Notes: generated by a model from the letters alone, not told the origin. Positions 36,776 through 46,260 are shown, numbered from the stretch's first letter. The stretch is 64,000 bases of DNA from Candidatus Harrisonbacteria bacterium (GCA_016192685.1 JACPTS010000001.1:225710-289709); one strand, 5' to 3'. A program made the numbers and translations.

Positions 36776-38563
36776 ATGTTTAAGCTAGTATCTAATTTCA
36801 AACCTACCGGTGACCAGCCGCTCGCAATTGAAAAATTGGTTAATGGAATTAACGCCGATCAAAAAGACCAGGTCCTTTTGGGCGTAACCGGTTCCGGAAA
36901 AACTTTTACCATGGCCTCGGTGATTGAAAAAATTAATCTTCCCACGCTGCTGATTTCTCCTAATAAAACTTTGGCAGCTCAATTATACCAAGAATTCAAA
37001 GCTTTCTTTCCAAATAATGCAGTCCATTATTTTGTTTCCTACTATGACTACTATCAGCCGGAGGCTTATCTGCCACACAGCAATATTTATATCCAAAAAG
37101 ACGCCCGGATTAATAAAGAAATTGATAAATTACGGCACGCAGCTATCCAAAGCGTTCTTAGCCGGCAAGACACTCTGGTAGTGGCATCAGTCTCCTGCAT
37201 TTACGGCATTGGCGACCCCTCGGAATATTTAAAGACTTGCCTGGAATTGAATGCCGGACAAAATATCAGTCCGGCAGACGCCGCCCGGCATTTAAATTTT
37301 CTTCAATATGAACGCGTTACCCAAGAGCCAAACCAGGGGCAATTTAAAATCAGCAAAGATAAATTAAAAATTAATTTAGTAACCGGAGAATTGATTATTT
37401 TAGAATTTAAGGGCCGGAAATTAATCCAGATTTTAAATACTGATTTTTCCCCGACTGAAAAAATCGCGATTTATCCGGCAAAATTCTGGGTGACGCCCCA
37501 AAACAAGATGCGGCTGGCTCTGCAAAATATTAAATCGGAAATGGAAAGTCGGGTGGAAGAATTCCAGTCTGCCAATCGTTTTGAAGAAGCCGACCGGATT
37601 GAAAAACGGACGCTTTTTGATATTGAAATGCTCAAGAAAAACGGCTATGTCAACGGAATTGAAAATTATTCCCGCCATCTGGCTTTCCGCGAAGCCGGCG
37701 AGCCGCCGACAACTTTACTGGATTATTTTCCAAAGCCATTTTTGCTGTTTATAGATGAATCCCATATTGGCATTCCTCAATTAAACGCTATGTACGAAGG
37801 CGATCGCCGACGCAAATCAACCTTAGTTCATTACGGATTCCGTCTGCCGTCTGCTTTGGATAACCGTCCCCTTAAATTTCCTGAATTCCAAGAAAAGATT
37901 GAACAAGCTATTTATGTTTCCGCAACGCCCGGAGCCTACGAATTGGAAAAATCCGGCCAGAATATCGCGGAACAATTAGTCCGGCCAACCGGAATTCTTG
38001 ACCCGGAAATTGAAGTCCGGCCGGTAAATATTCAAATAGAAGATTTATTAAAAGAAATCCAAAAAAGGGTTGGCCAAAATGAACGAGTGTTAGCCCTTAC
38101 CCTGACTAAGCGTTCCGCGGAAGACCTGACTGAATTTTTATTAGGAAAAGGCATCAAGGCTCATTATCTTCATTCGGAAATTAAAACTTTAAAGCGCCCG
38201 GAAATTTTAAACGATCTCCGAAAAGGAATTGTTGACGTTATTGTCGGGATTAACCTTCTGCGGGAGGGTCTGGACTTGCCGGAAGTAAGCTTGGTGGCGA
38301 TTTTAGACGCGGACCGGGAAGGATTTTTGCGGAATTACCGCGGCATTATTCAAATGGCCGGCCGGGCTGCCCGTTCAATAAATGGCAGAGTAATTTTATA
38401 TGCCGATAAAATGACTGATTCAATTAAAAAGGCTATTGCCGAAACTAAACGCCGCCGGAAAATTCAAAAAACTTATAATAGAAAACTTGGCCGGGAACCG
38501 TTTGCGATTAAAAAAGCGATTACCGAATCTGATTTAACAAAAATGGCTGCGCAATCAGCTTAA
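36776..38563 (+). CDS. uvrB: excinuclease ABC subunit B, lacking the C-terminal UvrC-binding domain
   Basis: Walker A GVTGSGKTFT, the YYDYYQPEAY motif and helicase motifs. 595 aa against about 660-670 aa canonical. It ends shortly after ...ILYADKMTDSIKKAIAETKRRR.... Confidence 0.85.
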   Translation: MFKLVSNFKPTGDQPLAIEKLVNGINADQKDQVLLGVTGSGKTFTMASVIEKINLPTLLISPNKTLAAQLYQEFKAFFPNNAVHYFVSYYDYYQPEAYLPHSNIYIQKDARINKEIDKLRHAAIQSVLSRQDTLVVASVSCIYGIGDPSEYLKTCLELNAGQNISPADAARHLNFLQYERVTQEPNQGQFKISKDKLKINLVTGELIILEFKGRKLIQILNTDFSPTEKIAIYPAKFWVTPQNKMRLALQNIKSEMESRVEEFQSANRFEEADRIEKRTLFDIEMLKKNGYVNGIENYSRHLAFREAGEPPTTLLDYFPKPFLLFIDESHIGIPQLNAMYEGDRRRKSTLVHYGFRLPSALDNRPLKFPEFQEKIEQAIYVSATPGAYELEKSGQNIAEQLVRPTGILDPEIEVRPVNIQIEDLLKEIQKRVGQNERVLALTLTKRSAEDLTEFLLGKGIKAHYLHSEIKTLKRPEILNDLRKGIVDVIVGINLLREGLDLPEVSLVAILDADREGFLRNYRGIIQMAGRAARSINGRVILYADKMTDSIKKAIAETKRRRKIQKTYNRKLGREPFAIKKAITESDLTKMAAQSA

Positions 38564-38570
38564 AAAGAAA

Positions 38571-38606
38571 AAGCCCTCCGACTTGCTTAGTCGGAGGGCT
38601 TTGTTT
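38571..38606. terminator. bidirectional rho-independent terminator (gccctccgact-tgctt-agtcggagggc)
   Basis: An 11-bp perfect stem with T-runs on both strands. Confidence 0.7.
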
Positions 38607-38638
38607 ACGGGGCAGGCAGCGTATTGCCCTGCCCTGCC

Positions 38639-38989
38639 TTAGCCGCACAGCTCCTGCCAGCGTCGGAGAGCCCGGCCCTTGTGATAGCCGATCGGCGCGA
38701 ACCCATCAGCCCTGTGCCTAGCCTCGGCCTTCTTCTGCTCAATCCAGCGGACTGGAACGGGCAAGAACCCCGTGTTCGGCTGCTGAACCTGTTTCTTCTG
38801 AATCGCTTCCAGAACGCGATTCAGGCCGTGCTTCTCGGCATACCGCTCGGCTTCGGCGAAGCCGCTGGACTGGATGATCCGGCGGAGCACCCTGTCCGGA
38901 TGCCGGTCGCGGCCGGCATCCGCCCGGTGAGTCTTCTGACTGCCGCAGCTCACGCTCTTTGGCGCGCCTTTCTTTTTCCGCTGATTCAT
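38639..38989 (-). CDS. hypothetical basic protein (116 aa) encoded in a GC-rich foreign-looking island
   Basis: A strong RBS (aaaaaGGAGGagtATG). A near-consensus sigma-70 promoter about 240 nt upstream. Terminator hairpins downstream. The overlapping ORFs 38624..39004 (+) and 38739..39200 (-) are alternative frames. Confidence 0.45.
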   Translation of the reverse strand: MNQRKKKGAPKSVSCGSQKTHRADAGRDRHPDRVLRRIIQSSGFAEAERYAEKHGLNRVLEAIQKKQVQQPNTGFLPVPVRWIEQKKAEARHRADGFAPIGYHKGRALRRWQELCG

Positions 38990-39226
38990 ACTCCTCCTTT
39001 TTGACTATCTGATTTTTCGAAAGACCACCGGCTCTCCACACGCCGTGTGCATTAAAACTGCGCGGGCGCTTCCGTACTGCCAACGGCTTTTTGCCACCAG
39101 AATCGTCCTGGAAGCAAACTGAATGCTGAGTCGGCTGGGATTTACCCAAACCGCCCCGCAAAACTTCTGTCTTATTTCCAAGGTATCCTCCTATTTCCAA
39201 AGAACAGCAACTCGCTTTAACTACTA

Positions 39227-39255
39227 TATAGTATATAACACTATAACCATTTTGT
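39227..39255 (-). promoter_or_regulatory. candidate sigma-70 promoter (TTGACA-17-TATACT) driving the GC-rich island gene
   Basis: Minus-strand sequence ttgacaaaatggttatagtgttatatact. It is followed by a long leader of about 230 nt. Confidence 0.3.
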
Positions 39256-39314
39256 CAATATTGACCAACTTCCCTAATCGCTATACGCTATACGCTATAC
39301 GCTAAATCAAAATT

Positions 39315-39599
39315 ATGATTACCCAATCAGCTAAAAAAGCCTATCGCCAAAACCTGCGGCGCCGAGCCCAGAATGTTCAAAGAAAATCAGCGCTTAAAAA
39401 AGTTTTAAAAAACTATAAAAACCTGGTGACGGCCAAAAATCTGGAAGCGGCGAAAAACGAACTGCCCAAAGTCTATAAAGCGCTGGATAAAGCCGCCAAA
39501 GTTAATTTAATTAAAGATAATAAAGCCTCTCGGCTAAAATCCAGGCTAACTAAATTAGTTACTAGCCTGCCTGCCGGCAGGCAGGTCGCTCACCACTAA
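39315..39599 (+). CDS. rpsT: 30S ribosomal protein S20
   Basis: The sequence AKKAYRQNLRRRAQNVQRKSALKKVLK... is canonical S20. The C-terminal codons read into the 20-bp palindrome. Confidence 0.85.
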   Translation: MITQSAKKAYRQNLRRRAQNVQRKSALKKVLKNYKNLVTAKNLEAAKNELPKVYKALDKAAKVNLIKDNKASRLKSRLTKLVTSLPAGRQVAHH

Positions 39600-40397
39600 A
39601 TCTAAAAGGGCTTCTTCATACTCTAGCTTCCCGATTTTTATTGCCGCGTCATAATCCGCGGCTTTTTGTTTCCAACTAGAATCAGCGTAAGGAGAAACTG
39701 CTAAAATATTAAAAATCATTCTAGGTTCTTCGCTTCTTTCCAAAAGCTCTTCCAACAAAGCCAGGCGCTGGCCAATATTTTTGGAACTCCGCATTTGGTC
39801 AATTGCTAAAAAGATATTAATCGGCAGCAAGGCGTGCAAATGATTTTCCAAAACTTTTTTGGTAATTTTTTTTTCATCTAAAAGCGCCAGTTTATCCAAT
39901 TCGGTAATCAGTCCCCAGGAATCGCCTGCATAAACCTGAAGCAGTAAATTCTGGCTTTCTTTATCAAAAATCAAACCGCGCCCATTAGCCTCTTTCAATA
40001 AAAATTTCTCCGGCTGGCCGCCGGTTAAATTTTCAAATTCTTGCGATAAATTCGGTTTATCTAAATCCAATAAGAAGCTGAAATTTTTAGCCGGCTTTTT
40101 ATTTTCCGAAATAACCAGAGTCGGCTCTTTAGATCTGGAATTTTCTTTAAGCAAAGCAACGTACTCTTTTTCCAACGCCTCATCTAATAAACTTCCGTTA
40201 TTTATAATTCCCAATTTTACCTTATCAAAAAGCGATTGCGCTTTTGTAAAATCTTTCAGCTTATCTAATCCGCCTACCTGCTCTAAATCAAAACTTTCCA
40301 CCGCAAAACTAGAGTGCTTATTTTTATAATCCGCAATAATCTCTTTTAATTTTTGCTGTCTTCTATATGAATCAGCTCCATATAAGTAAATAATCAT
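39555..40397 (-). CDS. holA: DNA polymerase III delta subunit-like
   Basis: MIIYLYGADSYRRQQKLKEII... matches the HolA N-terminus. 280 aa. Confidence 0.55.
   Translation of the reverse strand: MIIYLYGADSYRRQQKLKEIIADYKNKHSSFAVESFDLEQVGGLDKLKDFTKAQSLFDKVKLGIINNGSLLDEALEKEYVALLKENSRSKEPTLVISENKKPAKNFSFLLDLDKPNLSQEFENLTGGQPEKFLLKEANGRGLIFDKESQNLLLQVYAGDSWGLITELDKLALLDEKKITKKVLENHLHALLPINIFLAIDQMRSSKNIGQRLALLEELLERSEEPRMIFNILAVSPYADSSWKQKAADYDAAIKIGKLEYEEALLDLVVSDLPAGRQASN
39566..39585. terminator. 20-bp perfect GC-rich palindrome (cctgcctgccggcaggcagg) at the convergent ends of rpsT and holA
   Basis: Both ORFs read through it, giving PAGRQ in both directions. It is a likely bidirectional terminator. 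Confidence 0.45.
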
Positions 40398-40503
40398 GAT
40401 AATTTAATAATCGATAAGAACCAGAGCACATAAATGAATTTATGTGCTCGGCCGAGCATATAACTTGATTATATGCTCTGGTCCGGCCCGTATAAAAATA
40501 TAA

Positions 40504-41412
40504 TCATAGTTTCTGACACTTTGGACAAAAATGCGCCGACCTCTCTCCTATTTTAACTCTTCTTATTTTCGTTTTACATCGCTGGCACGGTTCGCCTTCC
40601 CGTTGATAAACCAAGCGATAATCGGTATAGCCGCCTTCTTTGCCGGCCGTATCCCGATAATCGCTGGTGGAAGTGCCGCGTAATTTTAAAGCTTTTTCTA
40701 AAACTTTGTGAATAGCAATCCAAATTCCTTTTAATTCTTTTTCCGATAATTTATTTGCCGGCTTTAAAGGGTGAATTTTCGCTTTCCATAAAATATCATC
40801 CGAATAAATATTGCCGATTCCGGCAATCACTTCTTGGTCCATTAAAACTTGTTTGATTTTTCTTTTTTCTAACTTTATTAACTTTACGAACTTTATAAAC
40901 TTGAAACTTTTATCCAATGGCTCCGGGCCGAGATTTTTAAGCTCCGGCAAATTTTCAATCTGTTCCTTAGTTCCTAAAATAATTTTCCCGAATTTTCGCA
41001 AGTCCGAAAATCCGAGCATTTTCCTATTATCTAAATAAAAAATTAAATGGATATATTGATTATACGGGTCTTCCACGACTTCTTTCGGCTCTAAAGGAAT
41101 AATCTTTTTACTTTCAACTTTCCACTTTCCAACTAAAAGATGCCCGGTCATTTTAAGATGAATCAGCATCATTAAATTGTTTGATAAATAAAATAAAAGA
41201 TTTTTTGCCCGGCGCCGGACGCTTAAAATTTTCTTTCCTTTTATTGCCTTTTCAAAAACCGCCGCGTGCTTATGGGAAATTTTATTTCTTTGCTGGTCCA
41301 GCGGGTCTTTCAGCATTTTCGGCCAATCAAACCAAACGCCGGTAATCCGGCGTCCTGCAACTTTCTTATTTAAATCATTAACAATGGTTTGAACCTCCGG
41401 AAGCTCGGGCAT
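40504..41412 (-). CDS. mutM: formamidopyrimidine-DNA glycosylase (Fpg/Nei family)
   Basis: MPELPEV N-terminus (catalytic Pro2). The start is most likely the second Met of the MFMPELPEV ORF. A C-terminal zinc finger, CQRCKTKI...CPKCQ. Confidence 0.8.
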   Translation of the reverse strand: MPELPEVQTIVNDLNKKVAGRRITGVWFDWPKMLKDPLDQQRNKISHKHAAVFEKAIKGKKILSVRRRAKNLLFYLSNNLMMLIHLKMTGHLLVGKWKVESKKIIPLEPKEVVEDPYNQYIHLIFYLDNRKMLGFSDLRKFGKIILGTKEQIENLPELKNLGPEPLDKSFKFIKFVKLIKLEKRKIKQVLMDQEVIAGIGNIYSDDILWKAKIHPLKPANKLSEKELKGIWIAIHKVLEKALKLRGTSTSDYRDTAGKEGGYTDYRLVYQREGEPCQRCKTKIRRVKIGERSAHFCPKCQKL

Positions 41413-41420
41413 AAACAAAA

Positions 41421-42659
41421 TTATTGATTCCTAATTTCTCTTTGCGGAATCAAGTGCGGATCAGTCGGCAAAGTAAAATGAAAAGTTGAACCGCGGCCAA
41501 CTTCAGATTCCGCCCAAATCTGACCGCCGTGGCGGGTAATAATATTCTTTACAATATAAAGGCCGAGGCCGGAACCGATAGTTTCCTTCGTAAGGGCATT
41601 CTCCGCCCGGAAAAATTTAGTAAAAAGCTTATCCATTGATTCTTTCGGAATGCCCATTCCGGTATCAGAAATTTTTATCTCCGCGAAGGGCGCCTCCTCC
41701 CGGCGCGCAACGCTTACTGTCACTTGGCCGTTTGGCAGATTATATTTAATCGCGTTTTCCAAAAGATTAGAGACCGCCAAAGTTAATTTTTCCGTATCTA
41801 TTTCTACTTCTAAAGAAACCTCTTTGGGCGGCTCCATGTAAATTTTAATATTATACTCTTTTGCTACCGGAGAAGCTTGGTCTAAAATAGATTGTAAAAA
41901 GGCGACTAAATCCGCTTTCTGGAATTTATAGCCGAACATCCCTTCTTCAATTTTAGAAATATTCAGCAAATCTTCCACAATTTTCAATAAATTATTGGCC
42001 GCCGCCAATCCGGTTTCCGCCAATTCCTTTTGCGAATCGGTCAATTTCTCATTTTTCAGGGATTGGTAGGCCCAGGTTACGGCAGAAAGCGGCGTTCGCA
42101 GCTGATGGGCGGCCACGGTAATAAAATCATTTTTAGATTTTAAAAGCTCTGTTTCCCGCGTTTGGTCGTGGATAATCTTTAAAAATCCGGCCACTTCCCC
42201 TTTTTCATTTTTTATCCGGTCAGTAATCACCCGAAGTTCCAGCGGCGGCTCGGAAAAAGAAATATCCACTATTTGCGGATAAAGCCCTTCCGGAGATTGC
42301 CTGATAACCAAAGGCGCGAGAGATTGAAAAATAACTTTTGCCAGCACTCCCAGTTTTTGGTCACGGGCATCTTCCGGAACCATTTTTTTATTCAAAAGTT
42401 CCTCTTTACGGAGGTTAAAAATTGTTTCGGCGGCCGGACTAAACATTGCTATCCTAAAATCCTGGTCATAAATAATAATACCGTCATTCATGCTGGCAAT
42501 AATATTATCTATGCGCAATTTTTCTAACCGCAATCCGGCAACTTCCCTGTTTTTCTCGTTCAATTTCAAAAAAAGAGCCGCGATTACCGCTCCAGAAATC
42601 AATAAAATTAAAATTAATAAAATTGAAAGCATATAAAAAATTAATCCAGCTCTCCCCAA
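41421..42659 (-). CDS. sensor histidine kinase (TM, PAS-like, HisKA, HATPase_c); no adjacent response regulator
   Basis: H-box AAHQLRTPLSAV and G-box GSGLGLYIVKNII. Confidence 0.75.
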   Translation of the reverse strand: MGRAGLIFYMLSILLILILLISGAVIAALFLKLNEKNREVAGLRLEKLRIDNIIASMNDGIIIYDQDFRIAMFSPAAETIFNLRKEELLNKKMVPEDARDQKLGVLAKVIFQSLAPLVIRQSPEGLYPQIVDISFSEPPLELRVITDRIKNEKGEVAGFLKIIHDQTRETELLKSKNDFITVAAHQLRTPLSAVTWAYQSLKNEKLTDSQKELAETGLAAANNLLKIVEDLLNISKIEEGMFGYKFQKADLVAFLQSILDQASPVAKEYNIKIYMEPPKEVSLEVEIDTEKLTLAVSNLLENAIKYNLPNGQVTVSVARREEAPFAEIKISDTGMGIPKESMDKLFTKFFRAENALTKETIGSGLGLYIVKNIITRHGGQIWAESEVGRGSTFHFTLPTDPHLIPQREIRNQ

Positions 42660-44116
42660 TTTTTGCCGATTTTAGCTGTCACCTTAATCGGCACTTCCAG
42701 CTCATAAGCGCTTTCCATAATTTTCCGAATCAACGCCATTGCCTCTTTTATTATATTCTCCTTAATTTCAAACAACAATTCATCGTGGATTGTCAGGAGC
42801 ATCCGAACTTGGTTGCCATACCATCCTTTTTTCTCCAATTCTGGTTTTAATTTCACCATGGCAATTTTGATGATATCCGCGGCGAGGCCCTGCACCGGCA
42901 TATTAATCGCCGCCCGCTCAGCTTCAGCCGCTTCGCTTCTAAACATAGAAGCGGCTTGAAGCAGCCACCGGCGGCGGCCATTTAAATTCATCACATAACC
43001 AAAAGTCCGAGTTTGCGCCTTTACTTCTTCCTGCCACTCTTTAATTTTTTTAAAATCGCTGAAATATTCATCAATAAATTTTCGGGCTTCAACCGCGCTT
43101 AAGCCGCTTGTCTTAGCAAAAGCAAATGCACCCATTCCATAAACCACCCCGAAATTCAAAGTTTTTGCCAATCGCCGCATTTCCGGCGTAACTTTTTCCA
43201 AAGACACATTAAAAACATTCGCCGCCGTTAATTTATGAATATCCAAATCATTATTAAACGCTTCCATCATTTTTGGATCGCCGGAAAGGGAAGCCAGTAC
43301 CCGCAGTTCAATCTGCGAATAATCAAAGGCCGCCAGCATAAATCCTTTTTCTACAATGAAAGCACGGCGAACTTTTCTACCCCAAGCACCCTCAATGGGA
43401 ATATTTTGAAGATTCGGATTTTGCGAGCTTAAGCGGCCGGTGGAAGTGCCGGTTTGTATATAGGTAGTATGCACCCGCCCATCTTTCCCAACTAATTCCT
43501 GAAGCGGCCGGACATAAGTAGATTGAAGCTTAAAAAGTTCCCGGTATTCTAAAAGGTGTTTTACGATTGGGTGGCGATTTTTTATTAAAGATAAAGTTTG
43601 TTCGTTGGTGGAAATTTGACCGGTCTTGGTTTTCTTAACGCCGGCAATGTCAATTTTTAATTTCTTAAAAAGAATTTCTCCGAGTTGTTTCGGCGAATTA
43701 ATGTTAAAAGTCCCGCCGGCTTCTTTATAAATTGCTTTTACCAATTTTTTTATTTCGCCGTCTAATTCTTTATCTAATCTCTTTAAATAAGCCGAATCTA
43801 TTTTAATGCCGGCGTCCTCCATCTCCGCAAGCGCTGAAACTAATGGCATCTCCACATCATAAAAAAGTTTTTCCAGTTTATATTCTTTTAATTTCTTAAC
43901 GGCATAATTGTATAACTCTCCTTTTAAGTCTTGTCTCGAGCTCGCCGCTGGGTCTTTATGCAAAAATTTCTTACTCAAATTTTCCAAGCTATAATCTCCT
44001 TCGTCCGGATTCAAAAGCCAATAAGCGATTCCTAAATCAAAATATTCCGCCGGCGGCTTTTTGCCGATGCGCTTAAATTCCTTTATTTTTTCCTTAATAT
44101 TAAAATCGGTTAGCAT
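42641..44116 (-). CDS. polA: DNA polymerase I, polymerase domain only (split PolA)
   Basis: Pol I family motifs are present: RRLAKTLNFGVVYGMGAFAFA (motif B) and HDELLFE (motif C). 491 aa, with no 5'-3' exonuclease domain. Confidence 0.85.
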   Translation of the reverse strand: MLTDFNIKEKIKEFKRIGKKPPAEYFDLGIAYWLLNPDEGDYSLENLSKKFLHKDPAASSRQDLKGELYNYAVKKLKEYKLEKLFYDVEMPLVSALAEMEDAGIKIDSAYLKRLDKELDGEIKKLVKAIYKEAGGTFNINSPKQLGEILFKKLKIDIAGVKKTKTGQISTNEQTLSLIKNRHPIVKHLLEYRELFKLQSTYVRPLQELVGKDGRVHTTYIQTGTSTGRLSSQNPNLQNIPIEGAWGRKVRRAFIVEKGFMLAAFDYSQIELRVLASLSGDPKMMEAFNNDLDIHKLTAANVFNVSLEKVTPEMRRLAKTLNFGVVYGMGAFAFAKTSGLSAVEARKFIDEYFSDFKKIKEWQEEVKAQTRTFGYVMNLNGRRRWLLQAASMFRSEAAEAERAAINMPVQGLAADIIKIAMVKLKPELEKKGWYGNQVRMLLTIHDELLFEIKENIIKEAMALIRKIMESAYELEVPIKVTAKIGKNWGELD

Positions 44117-44135
44117 ATTTTTATATAATTTTTTA

Positions 44136-44175
44136 TTTATCCAGTTATCAAGCTCGAGCTTGATAACTGGATAAA
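44136..44175. repeat. 40-bp perfect palindrome, copy 1 (tttatccagttatcaagctcgagcttgataactggataaa)
   Basis: It lies 20 bp upstream of the polA(pol) start on the minus strand. Confidence 0.9.
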
Positions 44176-44222
44176 CTTATTTTCTGTTCCTGCCAAACTT
44201 AAATCAATAATTACACTAATAA

Positions 44223-44789
44223 CTATATCTTAAAATAATGTTTAAACTTCTCTTCGCCTTCAAAATTGCTAATATTGAAAATAAGCACATATTTTCTAAT
44301 TTCAAATACTGAACAAATAAAATCCAGTTCTTTTTCACACTCATATGGCGTTAAAAATACACTTTCCTGAATTGGGTAAAAGTTAAGTTGATTTAATTTT
44401 TGTCGCAATGCCTCTCTAGCTTTCTTTTTGGCATTAGGAATATCAAATATTACCATTCTCCACTTTTTATCCCATTTCCTTTTGGTATCAAGCTTAAGAT
44501 TATCAAGATTATATTTTAACTCTATCGTTTTTCCGGCCCTTGTTAAAACAATTTTAATATCTCCATTAGCTAATTCTTGATAATTAATCAGGTTTCTTGC
44601 TTGAAGATTTTTTAAGTCACGCAAAAATTTTTCTCTTTCAAATCGCTTTTTTCTAAAATAAATTCTAACTAAATCGCGGACGAGCTGCGCTCCGCTTGCC
44701 GGAGCAATGCTGGAAAGAACAATAAATCCACCGGCAAGAAAAGCGTATTTCAAAATTTGATAAGGCTTAGAATCCTTCCGCAGGCGCAT
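44223..44789 (-). CDS. wHTH-like N-terminal domain plus Cas2-like C-terminal domain protein (PaaX-like regulator candidate); no CRISPR array or cas1 nearby
   Basis: The C-terminus RMVIFDIPNAKKKAREALRQKLNQLNFYPIQESVFLTPYECEKELDFICSVFEIRKYVLIF matches the Cas2 core pattern (vvYDI...kR..k..k.L..yG.rvQ.SVF.c.l). 188 aa. The gene is bracketed by palindrome copies 1 and 2. Confidence 0.4.
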   Translation of the reverse strand: MRLRKDSKPYQILKYAFLAGGFIVLSSIAPASGAQLVRDLVRIYFRKKRFEREKFLRDLKNLQARNLINYQELANGDIKIVLTRAGKTIELKYNLDNLKLDTKRKWDKKWRMVIFDIPNAKKKAREALRQKLNQLNFYPIQESVFLTPYECEKELDFICSVFEIRKYVLIFNISNFEGEEKFKHYFKI

Positions 44790-44820
44790 AAATAAAATTT
44801 AGCCTAACATTATCCTATCC

Positions 44821-44866
44821 AGTTATCAAGCTCGAGCTTGATAACTGGATAGGATATAAAACTCTT
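44821..44866. repeat. 46-bp perfect palindrome, copy 2 (same 36-bp core, extended arms)
   Basis: tatcctatccagttatcaagctcgagcttgataactggataggata. It lies 32 bp upstream of the 188-aa gene start and about 55 bp upstream of the divergent M23 peptidase gene. Confidence 0.9.
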
Positions 44867-44921
44867 GTAAAAAAGTTTTCTTTGAAGTATAATTTCAATA
44901 GAAAAAATTGAGAATAAACAA

Positions 44922-45650
44922 ATGAAAACCACTTCCAATCTTCTAGATTTACTATTCCAAAATCGTTCCCGATTTCGCGACGTGATTCCAAAATCATTAT
45001 TCAAAAAACCGCACCGAGAAGTTAATTTGCCCGAAGAAGTTTTAAAGTTTTTTAAGCGGCATTCAAGACTAAAAATTTCACCCAAAGAAATCACTAATCC
45101 GGATAAATGCGCGCAATTAGTTAAGCAAATCCATAAAGAGCTTGGGCTAGTTTGGAGCTGTGGCGGCTGGCTGGAAAATCGGGAAAAACTGCTCGCCGAA
45201 ACTTATCTTAAAGAAACTAAATCCTGGATTCATCTGGGTATTGATATTAATGTTCCGGTTGGCACGCCAGTTTTAGCGACAGCAAATGGCGTTGTTCATC
45301 TGGTTGATTCAGATTTTCCGGAAAAAGGCGGCTGGGGGAATTTTGTAATTATTGAACATCAAATTGCCGAGGTTAAATTTTACAGCATCTACGGACACTT
45401 AGCCTCTACTGCTTTAGTTAATGAAGATAAAACAGTCCTGGCTGGCGAAGCAGTTGGCAAAGTCGGCACCACCAAAGAAAACGGATTTTGGTTCCCACAT
45501 ACTCATTTCCAACTTATTTCCGAAACAGAAATGAGACGACAAGAAAAACCTTTTACTTTAGACGGCTATGGCTCGCCAAAAAATTTGGATTATTTACGAG
45601 AAAATTATCCAAATCCTTTGACAGTCTTACCAATGGGAAACAAAGATTAA
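44922..45650 (+). CDS. M23 family metallopeptidase
   Basis: HLGIDINVPVGTPVLATANGVV ... GHL ... HTHFQL (HxxxD / HxH motifs). Confidence 0.75.
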   Translation: MKTTSNLLDLLFQNRSRFRDVIPKSLFKKPHREVNLPEEVLKFFKRHSRLKISPKEITNPDKCAQLVKQIHKELGLVWSCGGWLENREKLLAETYLKETKSWIHLGIDINVPVGTPVLATANGVVHLVDSDFPEKGGWGNFVIIEHQIAEVKFYSIYGHLASTALVNEDKTVLAGEAVGKVGTTKENGFWFPHTHFQLISETEMRRQEKPFTLDGYGSPKNLDYLRENYPNPLTVLPMGNKD

Positions 45651-45672
45651 GCGGCCTAAAAAGGCCGCTTTT
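45649..45672. terminator. bidirectional terminator hairpin (aagcggcc-taaaaa-ggccgctt)
   Basis: An 8-bp stem between the convergent M23 peptidase and 2H phosphoesterase genes. Confidence 0.6.
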
Positions 45673-45691
45673 ATAATCCTAATTTAAATAA

Positions 45692-46249
45692 TTACTTATA
45701 CGATTTTAGTAAAATTCTTTCTTTAGAGCTTAATCTTAATTGAATTTTATCTAAATTAATAAAAATAGATTTATCTTTTTTAAATTTTTGAATGGTTTTA
45801 ATAATTAAGTTTATAAATTTTCTTGATTTAAGAAATCCAATAGTAATGTGAAAATTCATTACCTCTTTTGGATCAGAAATTGTTGGGATAATTTTTGAAA
45901 TTTCTTTCATAATAATTTTATAAAATCTGGCTAACCTCTTCGTATTTAATACCTTAATGTAAACAATTGGTGGAGCCTCGGAATCGTATTTATTAACCTT
46001 AAACATTAAAACATTACCGATCAATATTTTAATCGGGAAAAACTGGTCCGCATTTAAAACAACCACTTTTTTAATTAAGTTCAGTATTTGTTTGCTTGGT
46101 TTAGAATTGCTCAAATATGCAACACTAATATGTAGACGTCTTTTCTCTACAAAATTACAAAAGGGTGATAATTCTTTTTTATATTTAGCATATCTTTTAA
46201 CAATGCTTTGGTAAGAATCTACCGGAATGCGTATCGTAACAATAGACAT
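45692..46249 (-). CDS. 2H phosphoesterase superfamily protein (LigT / 2'-5' RNA ligase-like)
   Basis: Two H-x-[ST]-x motifs (HISVAY and HITIGF) at the appropriate spacing. The gene is very AT-rich. 185 aa. Confidence 0.5.
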   Translation of the reverse strand: MSIVTIRIPVDSYQSIVKRYAKYKKELSPFCNFVEKRRLHISVAYLSNSKPSKQILNLIKKVVVLNADQFFPIKILIGNVLMFKVNKYDSEAPPIVYIKVLNTKRLARFYKIIMKEISKIIPTISDPKEVMNFHITIGFLKSRKFINLIIKTIQKFKKDKSIFINLDKIQLRLSSKERILLKSYK

Positions 46250-46260
46250 AATAAAACAAT

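Noticed and set aside
38624-39200. Alternative ORFs 38624..39004 (+) and 38739..39200 (-) in the GC-rich island
   Set aside because: Neither has an RBS, and both overlap the 38639..38989 (-) ORF, which has a GGAGG RBS, promoter and terminators. The 38739..39200 frame would also run through the promoter and leader.
44810-45094. Track ORFs 44810..45094 (-), 44815..44997 (-) and 47396..47644 (+) whose translations end in ...VIKLELDNWI
   Set aside because: They read through the 40-bp palindrome copies, so the identical peptide tail is a repeat artefact. The ORFs overlap better-supported genes or their upstream regions.
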